Positions 26,201 through 41,200 of a stretch of DNA of 64,000 bases are shown here, piece after piece. Source of the DNA: Pocillopora damicornis. Lineage: Eukaryota. The notes under the pieces are model-generated. The model was not told where the DNA came from, made no database searches, and saw only the letters and a program-made list of their open reading frames with translations. How positions within the stretch are numbered: the stretch's first letter is position 1; the number at the start of each line of letters is the position of its first letter. The translations under genes and the position numbers were made by a program. The stretch spans positions 1 through 64,000 of the forward strand of contig NW_020846071.1 of NCBI RefSeq assembly GCF_003704095.1, given 5' to 3'.

Positions 26201-29200
26201 CCATATGTACAGAAATCAGGCAGGCAAGGATAGAAGTCAACTATGAAGACAAACTGTGAGTAACTTAGGACGTAGTGTATGTCTTCCTTCCAGAAGGGCA
26301 GACAAACATGAAGCGATTGAAACGAGGACGGATACAGCAAGACACACAGGCAGAGAAATACAAAGCAAAACAACATACAAACTGAAAAAACAGAGAAACA
26401 AAGGAACGAAGAAAGAAGGAACAACTACGAGGCAAATTGATCTGACTTACGTCTTGCTCCACCCCTGCAGTACCCCCACAGTTTGTTCGTCGTAAAGTCA
26501 GGAGTGATCGCGCACCACTTTTGGCCACGACTGTTTGTAGCACAACCTCTGTATCGACGCCGGCGATACGTGAATGGTACACAGCAGTAGCCAGTTGTAG
26601 TGCGAAGACGACATTTTCCTAGTAAGGCAAAATCATATCATAACCGAATTATGAGAAACAAGAAAGGGTTATGAGAGAGTTTATCAGTTATGAAGAAGTC
26701 AACAGAAGGTTTTGATAAGCGAGGAACCATCAGGTCCAAAGGCGTGTTAGAAGAAAACTCTACGTAGAATATACTGTAGGAAAATAAACTGAGCCATAAC
26801 ACTAGACAAGACAAGTAATGTGCACCTCGTTAGAGTTTCACAAACCAAAATTAATGTGACTATAACGACAACTCAGAATAAAGAATCAATTGATGACCTG
26901 TTAATTACTTATTCCTTACAAACTTTCTATTGCTTTGCTTTTACTCGCTTTGCACGAATGGCGCGGAAAAAATTCCGGACCGTGATCCGTATTGTAAAGG
27001 GTGGATTGGTTACGAGCACACGATCAACCAATCACATTCGAGGATTTAAGGTTCCGCTCCGTTGAGATGCTTCATACAAAGACTGTTACGCAGTTTTTAC
27101 GCAGTTTTTACGCGGTTTTTTTGATAGCTATGCCGTTTAGATGATAAACTTACTAAATGGTAAGAGAAACATAACAAACCTGAGATTCTGTAAACATCAT
27201 TCGCCCAAGGGCCTCCCTTTCCATTCCTGCACCTGTTTGATCGGCCGTACTTGGCGTAGGTTCTGAAAGCCCGCGGATCAGATGCACACCAGCCGCCATG
27301 TTGGACTCCAAACACCCTAAAACCAAATCGAGAGGCAGCCAGGGCACACTTAGCAATGGCTTTCTTTCTTCTCTGGTAATTTCCTTTGACAAGCAGAAGT
27401 TTACCGTCCAATGGTTGGATAGCTCGGCGAGATGTATCACGGAAGCAGCCGATTCTTTGGACTGCAAGTGTAAAGATGATATGTCATTAGCCATGACCCA
27501 TCTGACACATTTTGTAAAGTACTCTTGCTTACTCTTATTTAGCTCATCACACTGAGGAAAGAAAACTAGCATTTCAAAACAAGACGTTCAAGAAGGGTCG
27601 GACTTAGTATAGCACCCGTCAATGACATATTTTACAAAAATGTCCGAAAGTCACTCAAACATTTAAGATGAGCAGTAAAAAAACAAAAAAACAAAAAGGT
27701 AAACAAAAAACACCAAACAAGGAATACTTACTGCTAATAAATGGAGCGATCTTTATTGCAGGAACTAAAAGAAATAAAACCGGAAAACAAAGTTCATTTT
27801 GAGTAGTTTTTTTTCTTTCAATTTGAAGAAATTAGTAAAGTAAAAGAAAAGCGTTCTCGGAGAAGGTGGAAAAACTTTGTAATACTAAGGAGAAACGAAA
27901 TTTAAGATAACTTGCGCATCGAGTACTGTGGTGTGCTCAATAACTTTAGAAAAAGCTGTACAGTGGGCCTTTTGGTATTTAAGATAATCTTCACCTCCGT
28001 GTCCACGACAGTATCCCCACAATTTGTCCACGTCATAATTAGGAGTAATGGCGCACCAGGGCCGTTTTGAGTTGACCCTTGAACAGCTGGTGTACCTTCT
28101 ACCTTTGTAGACAAACGGGAACACGCATGCGTTGTTGCGTGTTGTTCGCGCACGAGCAGAGCCTAGAGGAATAATATAATTAAATCAGTCATCCGGTTGG
28201 CTTGGAAGACAGGAGTAAACTAATGAATGTGTTGTTCGGCGGCGGGTTGTTCGAAAGGCGATTGATCAGCGGTTTCAATCATTTTTCGCATGAGCTGCTA
28301 CCGATAATGTAATAGGCAGCTGTGCTGAAACCCAACACGAGAACCAGCTCGCAGTTTAACCCTTTACACCCTAACATCAGTATGCATATTCTCCATACTG
28401 TTCTCTATACATTTCCAAAGGTGCTGACAAGGAGAATTTGTTTAAAAATCAAGAGCTTCTTTAGTTGGTGATCATTTATTTTATTCTCATGACCTGAATG
28501 TTTCATTGAGGGGTGATTTTCTATGGAGAAATTAGATGTGAATCACTCTCAAGGGTTAAAGGGTTAAACAAGACAGCAGTGAGAGGTCTTCTAGGAAGCG
28601 GTAGACCAACGGTAACTGGCTTTTAATGAAACGTCTGGGTTAACACTATACTAAGTTGACTCATATCAAACATTTCTCTACTCCCTTGTAAGTATTTTTA
28701 GCAACGTAAGGAACTTTACAAATAAGTTCATCTCTCTACAACGCCCTACATCAGCGTAGTTGATTTTAGAGCAAAGCTGATTTCCTTGTTAATGCAGTTG
28801 TGTCATGAGTATTACACGCGGTTGTAGCCGTTTTTAGTTACTCTTGAGGGATTCATTTGGAATTAAGATGAAAACATCCCGACGAGGACATGAAACTGGA
28901 AATCAAATACGAACCCCAAAGCTCACGGCAAAGCAGTAGAAAAATTAATCAGAAACTATTTGGTTAACTCAAACTGGCAGAAAAGTTCCTGTTACCTTTC
29001 AGAACGTAAACAGTGTTTGCCCATGGTCCTCCCTTTCCATTCCTACACCTCTTAGATCTTCCGTATCTTCCATACGTTCGATAGGCGAATTTAGATGAAG
29101 CACACCATCCCTGGTGCTGTATTGCAAACACTCTATATCCTCGTCTTTCTGCAGCGACACCGCATTTTTGAATCGAATATCTTCTTCGTCGGTAAGGTCC

Positions 29201-32200
29201 TTTAAGGAGACGGCTCCTCCCTTCCATAGTTGGAATCGCTCGGCGACCAGTGTCCCTGAAGCAACCGATAGGTATGGCTAGAAGTGGATAAGAATATTTT
29301 TTAAGAGTTGGTCGTTCGCAATTCCTTTAATTTTAGTCTCCATCCGTAACTTAACTTTTTTTTTTTGGTTCATACTTGTCCCTTAGGTTTTCGTCTGGCC
29401 CAACAAACCTCTTACTCTCAAATAATATTTATGTAATAAATTATATTTGACTTGAAGAGGATAAGCGAAGAATTGATCCACACAGTTTAAGTAAAATAGA
29501 GGCTAAGACGTCTATCAAACCCACGGGGAGGGGGGGAGGAGGGCAAATTTGTCCCACTCTGGCTATATTTAGTGTTAAATGGAACTTTAAGTCGAGGGAC
29601 TCCTTCAGGACTGTAAAAAGTGTCCGTTAGAGAAAGGTAATAACAAAATGTTATATTAACATATTTTTTTTAGACGGAATCAAAGTGAGTTTCAATTAAA
29701 AAAAGTGTCCCTGAAGAAAAAGTCTGTATTTCTCAGTAAAACTGGTCTTAACTATTCAGAAAACCGAATTACGACATTAAAGAGATACCTTTCAATCCAA
29801 TAGTGATTTGAACGACACGGGCTGCAATGAAAAGAAAACAGGTTGAGGGACGAAACAACGGAAGAAAAAACTAATCACAACGTGTCTCGACTGTTTTAAA
29901 CATCGCGATATGCTACTCTTAAGACTGCGTGAAAACACACAAGTACTCGATCAACTAACCTCTCACGGGCGGAATGATTGGTTTCACTGGTCGAACAGGT
30001 TTACGTGCTACAAAAAGATAAGAAAACATTAAAATAAAATCATAGAAATATTATACAGTCAGAACTACAATTCACTTTTTCCGGAAGTGAAAACAAAATT
30101 CTTACTGGCACAGTTAGCCCATTTCCTGTCGCGGTCATAGTTAGAAGTTAAAGCACACCATGGACGATTATGGTTTTTTCTCGTACAACTGTTATAGCGA
30201 CGACCTTTGTAGATAAACGGCAGCGAGCAACAATAACGTTTAGTTGTCTTTGCTCCACAGGATCCTGAAAGATAAAATTATACAATGGTTAATTCATGTC
30301 CAATGATACATTACAAGGTTGCACAAGGAGATCAGAAAATATCTAAGAGAAGTAACTCTTTTCGATGGAATACCTAAACGTAAATATTACCGCTCAAATA
30401 ATTTTTTTCTTAATTTGAAAATAACAAAACAATTACGAATACCCGTAGACCAAACACACCATCAGATGAATGAAAGAAGACGAGAGAATGTGGAACACAA
30501 AGTATACTAAGCAAAGGACCATTATCCGTTTCTAATAACTTGCGCAAATTACTTTGAAGGGTACACCATTGAGGTCAGAAAAAAGACGACTCAATTTGCA
30601 GTAATTATTGTATCCAACAGTACCCATTACTCACCGTACACTCTGTACACATCATTAGCCCAAGGTCCTCCCTTTCCATTCCTACACCGATTGGATCGTC
30701 CGTACCTCCCATACGTCACATGAGCTCTTCGACCCGTAGCGCACCACCCCTGATGTTGGACGGCAAACACCTTGGCTCGGAGCATCAAAGCAACAAGAGC
30801 GCATTTCTCAATGGCGGCTTTTCGTGATCGGTAGTAGCCTTTCACTAACGAGTAACGACCGTCCACTCCTGGGATAGCTCNNNNNNNNNNNNNNNNNNNN
30901 NNNNNNNNNNNNNNNNNNNNNNNNNNNNNNNNNNNNNNNNNNNNNNNNNNNNNNNNNNNNNNNNNNNNNNNNNNNNNNNNCATTAGCCCAAGCTCCTCCT
31001 TTTCCATTCCTACATCTGTTTGACCGGCCATACTTAGCATATGTTTTATAGGCATAACGCCCGGATGCACACTGCCCGCCATGTTGGACTCCCATGTAGG
31101 AGTAGCCACGTTTTATGGCGACTAACGCACATTTTCGAATGGCGTATTTTCTTCGTTGATAGTTTCCTCTTAAGAACGGGCTTCGGCCTTCAATTATAGG
31201 GATGGCTCTGCGCCAGGTGTCTTTGTAACATCCTATCCTCTGGACTGAAGGACAAACATGCGAAAGAAAAGGTTATTGGACCTTAGTTTCGATAATAAAC
31301 GTAAATTTCAAGCCTACAAGGGTATCGTTTGAGGGTAAAAATTGATGCGAGACAATCCTTTCTCTATATTGTATTAGTTAACATGTCAACAAGGTCAACA
31401 TTTTGACCAAATAGATATAGGTATACTCCTAAAAGATCCATGGATCGTGATGTTAAATTTTTTGTTTCGAAGTGAACTCAGAGATGTGTATTTCTTCGTT
31501 TTGTCGTCACCAAAGAACTTGCTCTGAAAAAAGCGAGCTAACAAAGAACATCAGAAACAGACTGGGCAGCCATGCTATGCACGAAAGTTCATATTCTTTT
31601 CTTAGAAGAAATTTCGATACTGTTTTTAATAACTCTGTCCCAAATTCCATTAAGAATTTGACGCGGCGTCATCAGTAGTCAACTTCAAGACTGCCCTCTT
31701 CAATTCAAAAAGCAAGATTTCCTAAAATAACTTTAATGCGAGCAATTTTTTTTTCAGGAATGCATGAATACAATGTAAATTGACGGTAGGACGGAAGCAG
31801 ATATTACAGTGTGTTATCCTGACCACTAATATTGAGTTATTTTACTTACGTGTTATCGAGGTAGTAATCCTGATTGGACGCACAGCTGTTTTAGGGGAAA
31901 ATTGCGCAAACTTTAGTTAATAGTCTTTTTTTTTACCGTCAAACGAGCACATAAATAAGTGAGAAAGATTCCTACGTAATTTCTTCTACGGAACAACACA
32001 CAGCGTTTAAGGTAAATGTAACAACAGCAAAATTGAGAGGGGANNNNNNNNNNGGGAAAGGGGACTTCTTCGTAAAGGCTAGTAGGAATGTGCCTTCGGA
32101 TGAGGTCCAATTTTCAAAACTGGATTGACTATAACTGGTTGTATTTTCAATTGATGAGCTAGAATGAGGTCGCTCATTTTCTGGATTTTTTGGGGTAAGA

Positions 32201-35200
32201 AAATTCTGTTAACTAAGGGTTTAAAAATTTGGAAGACTTGCGATTAAAAAGTTGTTACCCTATTATCAAAAGTGACCAATATGGGTCTACAATTGGCCAT
32301 AGAATAGACTATAATGAGTTAAGGGGTCCTGGGAGGCTATCGGAATAGCAGTTGAAACTTCGTGGTTTACAATTGATAGTGACTTTGTATCATGAGACAA
32401 ATCGTTCAATGTTCATTTATATCATATCTAAGGTAAAAAAAGATATCCTTTACTAATTCCTTACGTTTTCTTCCTCCGCAGTATCCAAACAGCTTATCGT
32501 GATCGTAATTTGGCGTACTGGCGCACCACGCTCGTTTGGAGTTGACTCTGGTACAGCGGTTGTACCGTCTGCCCTTGTAAACGAATGGGAACACACAGCA
32601 GTTTCCAGTAGATGAGCGTACACGGCATGAACCTATCAGAAGGAAGAAAAAAATTAAATTACAAAGCTATAAGAGCTACAAAAAGGCCATTTCCGAAATG
32701 CCCAAAGCCTTGAGGTTAAGTGTGAAACGATTGAGAGGAATATCATTTACATTTTCAAACTAATAAATAATAAATAAGACAGCCATAAGAAATGGAAAAA
32801 ACCAGAAAAATCTACAGGAGAGACATAAGTAAAACGGATACCTCTGAGTACATAGACATCATTGGCCCAAGGTCCTCCCTTTCCATTCCTACATCTGTTA
32901 GATCTTCCGTATCTCCCATAGGTGAGATGAGCTCTCCTTCCAGACGCACACCATCCTCCATGTTGCACAGCGAATACTCTGTGTCCCTTTGCATAAGCCG
33001 CGAGAGCACATTTCTTGATAGCGTATCGTCTTCTGCGGTAATTTCCTCTAAGAAGGCGACTTCTGCGCTCCAAGGTTGGTATGGCCCGTCGGCCAGTGTC
33101 TCTGTAACAGCCGATACCCTTAGCTAAGTGGGAAAAAGTTGCATCAGGTAGAGAACAACAAAAGCAAACTTTTCAAACTAAACATTTACAAAAAAAATAT
33201 TTTCCTGCCGTCTCATAGAAGAACTAACAACTCCTAACTCAGCAAAAAAAATTTACTTCTAACAAGATTTCTGTAAAAGATTAAGGCGAGAAATACATAA
33301 TTGAATAATTCAAAAACGTTCGAACGTTACTCACCAACTAAGTTAACTGTTACTCTTACAGTTTTTCCTGTAATACAAAGATATTAAAGAAATAAATATT
33401 TAAAAACGATTACAGAATTAATTTATGGAATGAATTTCGAGTTCAGCAACTTATTTTCAAAATAAATAAAGTTCTCACCCGTTGGACGAACTGGGCGAAC
33501 AGGTTTGACCGGTCGGCGACCTAAAAACGAAAAAAATGACATACTTATATTTATTTACTATGAAACCGTCTGACCTTATCTTTTAATACCAAACATTTAC
33601 CTGAAGAAATTTTATTTTCTAAAGTTCCATATGATTGCCCTCTTACGTGGGAGCCAATAAAAATATCGCAAATTTTAAACCAGCTTAAAAACCACAGAGA
33701 GAAGGATGTTTGAACAGAGCTAAAGTGGTTTTATTGCGCAAGATTCAGTTCAAGAGTAAATAGTATTCCGTTCTTAGTAACAATTAAACTCACCAGCACA
33801 GTTGCCCCATTTCCTATCCCGATCGTAATGGCCTGTAATAGCACACCATGGTCGATTGTGGTTCTTTCTTGTACATCTGTGGTAACGACGGCCTTTGTAG
33901 ATGAACGGGAACACACAACAGTAGCGAGATGTCGTTCGCTTCCGGCAATGGCCTGCGATTTAAAAAAATGCAGAATCACTAGACTCAGTAAATTGTTGGC
34001 TGAAAAAACAATCATCATTACAAACATGAGATTCTTTTCCCCTTCCAATATTTTTATTCACGATGAGCGTTTGTATTTAGGGAGCGAAATACTGCCCACT
34101 TGACTTTTATAAAGACTTCCGCTTTGAGATACAGGTAAATTTCATCGATAAGAGTTGGTTGTCTTTTTTCAGGACTGCCCTTACACGAGCGAGCAACTTA
34201 CACCAACAACTTACCGAACACCCGATACACGTCATTAGCCCAAGGTCCTCCCTTGCCATTCCTACATCGATTGGATCGTCCATACTTTCCGTAAGTCACA
34301 TGAGCTCTTGGACCTGTAGCGCACCATCCCTGATGTTGAACAGCAAAAGCTCTGTAACCAAACCTCATAGCAACTGCAGCACATTTCTTCAAGGCGTCCG
34401 CTCTTCTACGGTAATATCCCCTCACTATTGGGTAACGACCGTCTACTCCTGGGATAGCTCGCCGACCTGTGTCCTTGAAGCATCCAAGTGACTTGACTAT
34501 AAAGAAAAGCAACCATTAAACTCGCATAAATCTTAACCTTTTACACCTTAACCTCATTACGCGTATTTTCCATACTGTTCTCCGTACTTTTCCTAGTAAG
34601 TTCAAAGGAGAATTTGTTTGAGAATCAAGAGATTCTTTGGTTGGTGATCATTTCCTTTATTCTCATGACATTAATGTGTGATTGCAGGGTGATGTTGTAA
34701 GGAGAAATTAGATGCTAGTCACTTTTAGTGGTCAAAGGATTAAAGACGTCTAGATGTACTCTTAAAATTTCGTCTTCTTTACAAATTCCACGAGAATTAA
34801 CAGACCAACACATAATCACTAAAACTATCCCCAGATGTACAAGACATAAATTTAATAACTTAAAAATTAACAACAAGTAGGTAATAGATTCAAACTTACC
34901 AAAAACTCCAGGAGTGATTCTGATGGGTGGAGCTGTAGAGGAAAGGACAAATAAGAGACGATCAGTAATATAATCGCATCTTGAGAGTTAAAGTGTTCAA
35001 ATAACAGCAGAAAGTAAGCGCCTTACATTTTCTTCCTCCCCTGCAGTACCCCCATAGTTTGTTTGTTCTGTAGTCTGGAGTGATTGCGCACCATCTCCTG
35101 CCATTTCGAGCCCTGGCAGGACGTTTGTATCGACGCCCTCGATACACGAACGGAAATGAACAGCAGTTTCCTTTTGTAGTGCGATACTTGCAAGTTCCTG

Positions 35201-38200
35201 TGGCGAAAAAAGAAAAACCATAATCTTGATCAGAAAACAAGAAAAATTTAATAACTAGACGTTGTATAAAACTTATGCTTCGGTAGAGGGCCTAGTACCC
35301 GAAAAAAAGAGTCTTACGATATGGTGGAGAAATTAAACAGGGGACGCTTCGATATTCAATGTATGACGCACTTGTTAGTTGCTTTCAAAGTACATCACCC
35401 ACCTGCTATTCTATAGACATCATTAGCCCAAGGTCCACCTTTGCCATTTCTACATCTGTTTGATCGGCCATACTTGGCATACGTCCTCCCAGCATGCGGT
35501 CCTGTAGCACACCAGCCGCCATGCTGGATTCCGAACCATTTGTATCCACGTGCTGCAGCAACAAGCGCGCATTTGCGAATGGCTAATGGACGGCGTTGGT
35601 AGTTGCCTCTTAACAGCACACTTCGGCCATCCATTTGAGGAATTGCTCGGCGCGATGTGTCCCTGAAGCAGCCGACTCTTCGGACTGAAAGAAAAATCCA
35701 AGGGAACATGATTCAAAACTGGTTAACGAATGAGGATGGTATATTTTTGAGACGGCTCGGTGGTCAAATGAAGAGAGATTAATTTGTCACGAGCGTTAAC
35801 AACAAAAACAAAAACGTAATTCCCGCGCGAGGAATCAAACCCGAAACACTCGGATTTCGTGGACCGATGCTTTTAGCTGAGCTTGGATATCTAGGCTGTA
35901 GTATACGTTCTAATATGACCTATGTCTTGCACACTAACTGTAAGTAGTTACCACTAAATTGTTTGCAAACTTATAGAAATCCTGGATAATATGAATTCCT
36001 GACGGGAATTTAAATACTTACTATTAATTGAAGGTGTTACTCTGATGAAAGAGACTGGAAAGAAATAAAACCAAGTTAATAACAAATTCAGATGTAGGAT
36101 AGATACGGAAAACAAGCAAGTGAACCTCACTATGATAAGAAACAATGCAAACCCTGGAGGATGCAATCAAGAACTAAATCCAGGCTCCGGTTGTTGGATA
36201 ACAAGGTTGGATAACACTATCCACCAGATAAACCTCTGTCTGGTGGATAACGCTAAACGTTTAGTTATCACTTATCCGCCGGATAGCAATTTATCTGTTG
36301 GATAGCGCTATCCGCCCTTAATACAACTGGGCCCAGGGTAATAATGATGCCAAACAAGGTAATTTGAGTCGTAAATTGGCCACCGTGGAGAGTTTCAAAG
36401 TTGACAAAGGGCTAACGCTCGAAAAATCAGCTTTGAAACTCTTTACGGTGGCCAATTTACCTTATCAACTCAGTCGATAATACCAAATTACTTTGTTATA
36501 CTCTCCCACCGATGCAGTACCACAGCGTCTTTAGTATCATTATCTTTTTTGATTCAGATCCCCTCTTCGCCCTCAAAGCAATCCTACATCAGTTCTAAGA
36601 TAAACTCATCGAAAATTTTTACTCACCTCCATGTCCTTCACAATAGCCCCACATTTTATCAGCATCATAACTTGAAGTAGTTGCACACCATGGACGAGCA
36701 GCATTGACCCTGGTGCAGCGTGAGTATCGTCTACCTTTGTACACGAACGGGAACACACAGCAGTTTTTGCGGGTTGTTCTTGTGCGACAGGAACCTGAGA
36801 GAAAGCGAGGCAATTAAACAACAGTGTTAATAGTACAATAATGCTTATTTACCATTCTATAGACCTCCGACTTACGGCGTTCAGCTATTCAGCTCTCCCG
36901 CGCGTTTAATTTTAGAAGAATTGTAGTTATTTCGCACTATCGAATGCAATGCTATGCACTCTCAACTCTTGCATATTTCGTGATTTCTGTATTTGGCAAA
37001 GCGCACATTTCATGACCCGCCCTTTTCTGGTCTGAGCACGAGTGTGAAAAATATCCAGCCTCACTCAAAGCAGAGACTTAGTCCCGACAGAACTAGTTCG
37101 GTCAGTTCTAAGAATTGCCCCCGACAAGACGGTCCCACCGGCCGATACAAGATATGGCAAAGAACGTTAGTATAACACTTGCTTACCCCATCCTTGCGCA
37201 TACTTGACAAGCAATCACTTGCTCGAAAAAACATTTTTTTTCCCACCTTCGCTGACATAAGTAAAAGTTTCAATTACTTACCCCTCACAACGTAAACATC
37301 GTTAGCCCAGGGTCCTCCCTTTCCATTCCTGCATCTGTTAGATTTTCCGTATTTACGGTATGTTATGTGAGCCATCCTTGAAGATGCGCACCATCCTTGA
37401 TGCTGTAAGGCGAACACTTTGTAGCCTCGTCTATAAGCTGCCTGGAAACATTTGCGAATAGCGTCTCGTCTTCTGCGGTAATTTCCTTTTAGGAAGCGGC
37501 TTCGACCTTCCAAGGGGCGTATGGCTCGTCGGCGGGTGTCTTTGTAGCAACCGATGCTGTATGCTAAATTTAAAAACACGATTGGCTAATATTGTCTATT
37601 AAAGCTCTATTTAAGGTGCTCTTGTCTAGACTACTAAATTCGAACACACTGGGCCAGTTTTTTAAACAAAGGTTAGGCGATCATCAACAAAACTGCGTTC
37701 TAAGCCATCTTCAATTTAGCCGGACCTTTTATATAAAATAATTTTTTTTGTGAACAGTGTCAAGAGGCAAAAACGTTATAGTGGAGGGATATTTATTTAA
37801 TAAAATTAACCCTCTAATAGAGAATCACTGAGGCCCACCGTTTGTATAAAGCGCGGTTTGGGTTACACCTGATAAAAATCTAATAAAGAAAGATTACTTG
37901 GGAAAAAAATCTTACCAGTGATTCCTGGTGTAAGTTTTATTACTCGGGCTGCAAAAGGAAACAACAATATAAAAGATCTATCGAACAAAAATGTAACATA
38001 TAAAATTATCCACCTAAGTTATAAAAGACAGAATAAAAGCAAAAAGACGTAGGTAACCACCTCTCCCAAGAAACTGGTACTCCTAAACAACCATTTTTTC
38101 CATGCTGACAGTTTCTACTCAAATTATGAACTTAAAGAGGCGACATGAAATTTATTCACGAAGATTCACCAAAGTCAGCGAACCAGTTTCACTGCTGGAG

Positions 38201-41200
38201 GAGCCCATGAAAATGGAGTTCTTTTTCAAGCGAAACACTTCCAAGAGAGAGCGTAAGAACAGATCTCATCCCTCTTCTAACGAGGTAATGGTGTACAACC
38301 GTGGGAGAGTCCCACGCATATTCTCGGATGGTGAGAAGACACAAGAAATTAACACCTTAAAGATCACGAAAGAATACTGTGAAAACGTTATTGCAATGAA
38401 ACTACACAACTGACCTCTAGGAGGACGGACAATAGGTTTGACAGGTTTAACAGGTTTACGGCGACCTGCAAGAAGACAAATCATCAGGTTTAATACACTG
38501 GTTTAGCAGAAGAATAAAAATGTCAAAATCTCACGATTATTCCCTAATCTCTTACCACCGCAATTGCCCCACTGTCTGTCTCGATCATAATTGGGTGTCG
38601 TAGCGCACCATGGTCGATTGTGGTTTCTTCTTATACAACTGTTATAACGACGTCCTTTGTAGATAAACGGGAAGGCACAGCAGTAGCGTGAGGTAGTTCT
38701 TCTTCGACATGAACCTGATAAGAAAAGAATCTGTGTCAATTTAATCAAAAAATATCCTCCATCGTGGCACTGTCTTAACACCCTAACATCAATATGCATA
38801 TTCTCCATACTGTTCTCCATACATTTTCTAAGATGCTAACAAGGAGAATTTGTTTAACAGTCAACAGCTATTTAAGTTACTGATCATTTCCTTTATTCTC
38901 GTAACCTTAATTTTTGATTCAGAGTTGATATTGTAAGGAGAAATTAGATTCTGGTCACTCTAGGGGGTCAAAGGGTGAACATATATCCACAGTGGAGAAA
39001 GACAACGCACAGGCAGGATGTTTACGATCGAAACTGCAGTTACGTTATTTGTACCGTTAATTTGTATCGGCTTTCCTTACTTGTCTCGCTTACGAACTAT
39101 GTTCAAGTATATGCACACAAAGAGATGATGTGGTAACCCAGAACTCACCGTATACTCTGTACACGTCATTAGCCCAAGGTCCTCCCTTGCCATTCCTACA
39201 CCGATTGGATCGTCCATACTTTCCGTAAGTCACATGAGCTCTTGGACCTGTAGCGCACCATCCCTGATGTTGAACAGCAAAAGCTCTGTAACCAAACCTC
39301 AGAGCAACAAGGGCACAACGCTTAATGGCTTCCTTTCTCTTTCGATAATATCCTTTCACTATTGGGTAACGACCGTCCACTCCTGGGATAGCACGGCGAC
39401 CAGTGTCTTTGAAGCATCCGATTGGCTTGACTGTTAAAATAAGGTTTGAATCAGCATATTATCAAGCAAACTGGACTTTTAAAAAACTCTTGATACCATT
39501 GCAATCCTCGGGAGAGAACTTTGTTCATTTAATGAAAATTTGTTACGTCAATGGGTGAAGCTTCTGCCTATTGTTCTACGATGAATATCTTATGGTGCAT
39601 ATAATGAAATGATCCTTACATGTGACCGAGGCTTTCAGAAACTATTTAGACGCTACTGCCCACTGAGCTACGAAGCCACATGTTGGAAGCGAAACTCGAG
39701 CTTTTTTTTTCCACGTAAAGGCATCTGACATTAAATGCATTTCAAAGTGTCGTTCCATTTTAAAATTTAGTATTCTTGAAGTAAAATTAAGTGGAAACCG
39801 TACCTCGCACCCCTACAGTCACTCGTATTGGCTGACCTGAGAAAGAGAAGTGGACCGTCATTCGACAGAAAACAAACGTAAGAAGACGCACCTTAAAAAA
39901 GCGAAAGGGAAAAAAGAAAATGGAAAAAAAAAAGAAAACGGGATAAAGAGAAAGAGGGAAAGAGGAAGAGAGGTAGGCTACTTCGGTAGACAACTGATAC
40001 TTACGTTTTCCACCGCGGCAGTAGCCCCATGGTTGGTTTCGTTTGTATACACTAGATGCCGTTGGACACCAAGGCCTTCCACGTTTTGACCTGGCGCAGT
40101 TGGTGTAGCGGCGTCCACGATAAACGAAAGGAAGTACACAGCATTTTCCTGACGTGGTGCGACGTTGACATCTACCTAAACTCAGGAAGAAGATAAGCTA
40201 TGTTAAAAAATTACAGATATGGGGTTATTTGCGTCGAATACACTGCACTAAACCCACAAGATAAAATCATTTTATTTTTCCTTATATCTCACAGCTACCT
40301 CATTCGTAGTAAAATAATTTGATTTTTCCTTATGTATCACAGTTACCTCATTCCTAGTTTGTTTAACCACCACACAGGAAAACATTACTTTTTCCTTAAT
40401 ACAACATTATGTAGCTTATCTCAGGATCATTATCTACGTGATTATGGTATGTTGTTCACGCTTGTCGGACTCAACTTTAAGTAACATTGCCTTTGGCTAG
40501 CGCATCTTTTCCTTGAAAGTTTAGCATCGACAGTAAACCATAACTGCATTAAATTTGATTAACTGCGCTTACTGACTGTTCCTGAGAATTCGTATCACTC
40601 ACTAAAGCAGTCAGATGGAGAGCTGAACCCACATTGGCTTCTTGCGTTGTGTACCTAAGTTCTAATTGGCCTAAGTGATTACTTTGGATTTAGGTTGATG
40701 ACACTCAAAAGCGCTTTGTGTTAGGTTGTGTTTTATTGGAAAAAAATTAAATCGAAAATAAAGTTGTGTAGTGAGCAGCTTCTCATGTAATCCTAACTAG
40801 AGAAGCAACACTACATTTGGTTGAGGTTATTTGGGGTTCATACCCTCTTTCTGAAACAAATTTCAAGGACTTTAGCAGAATTTTTCCAGGATTTCAAATT
40901 TCACTTTAAATTTTCATCCCTAAAATTAATTCTCTTTACGGTCTAATACATTTCTTATGATGTAAATTTTGAAATCTTTCTAGGACCAGTAGTCTTTTTT
41001 CAAGACTTCCCAATCCTGGAAAATTGCAAAATAAAATTCCAGGACTTTCCAGGTTTTCCTGGACCCATTCGAACCCTGTTTTAACAGAAGAACAGACAAA
41101 AACGAACAATAAATGAACAAAGTGGGCTCAGCACCTGTCAGCCTGTAGACATCATTGGCCCAAGGTCCTCCTTTTCCACCCCTACATCTGTTCGATCGCC

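Noticed and set aside
30627-31109. 160-aa ORF spanning Ns, appearing to fuse two WSC-like units
   Set aside because: Artefact of translating through a placeholder gap.
35818-35890. Possible tRNA gene
   Set aside because: Only degenerate A and B boxes; stems do not pair, so it is treated as a SINE remnant.
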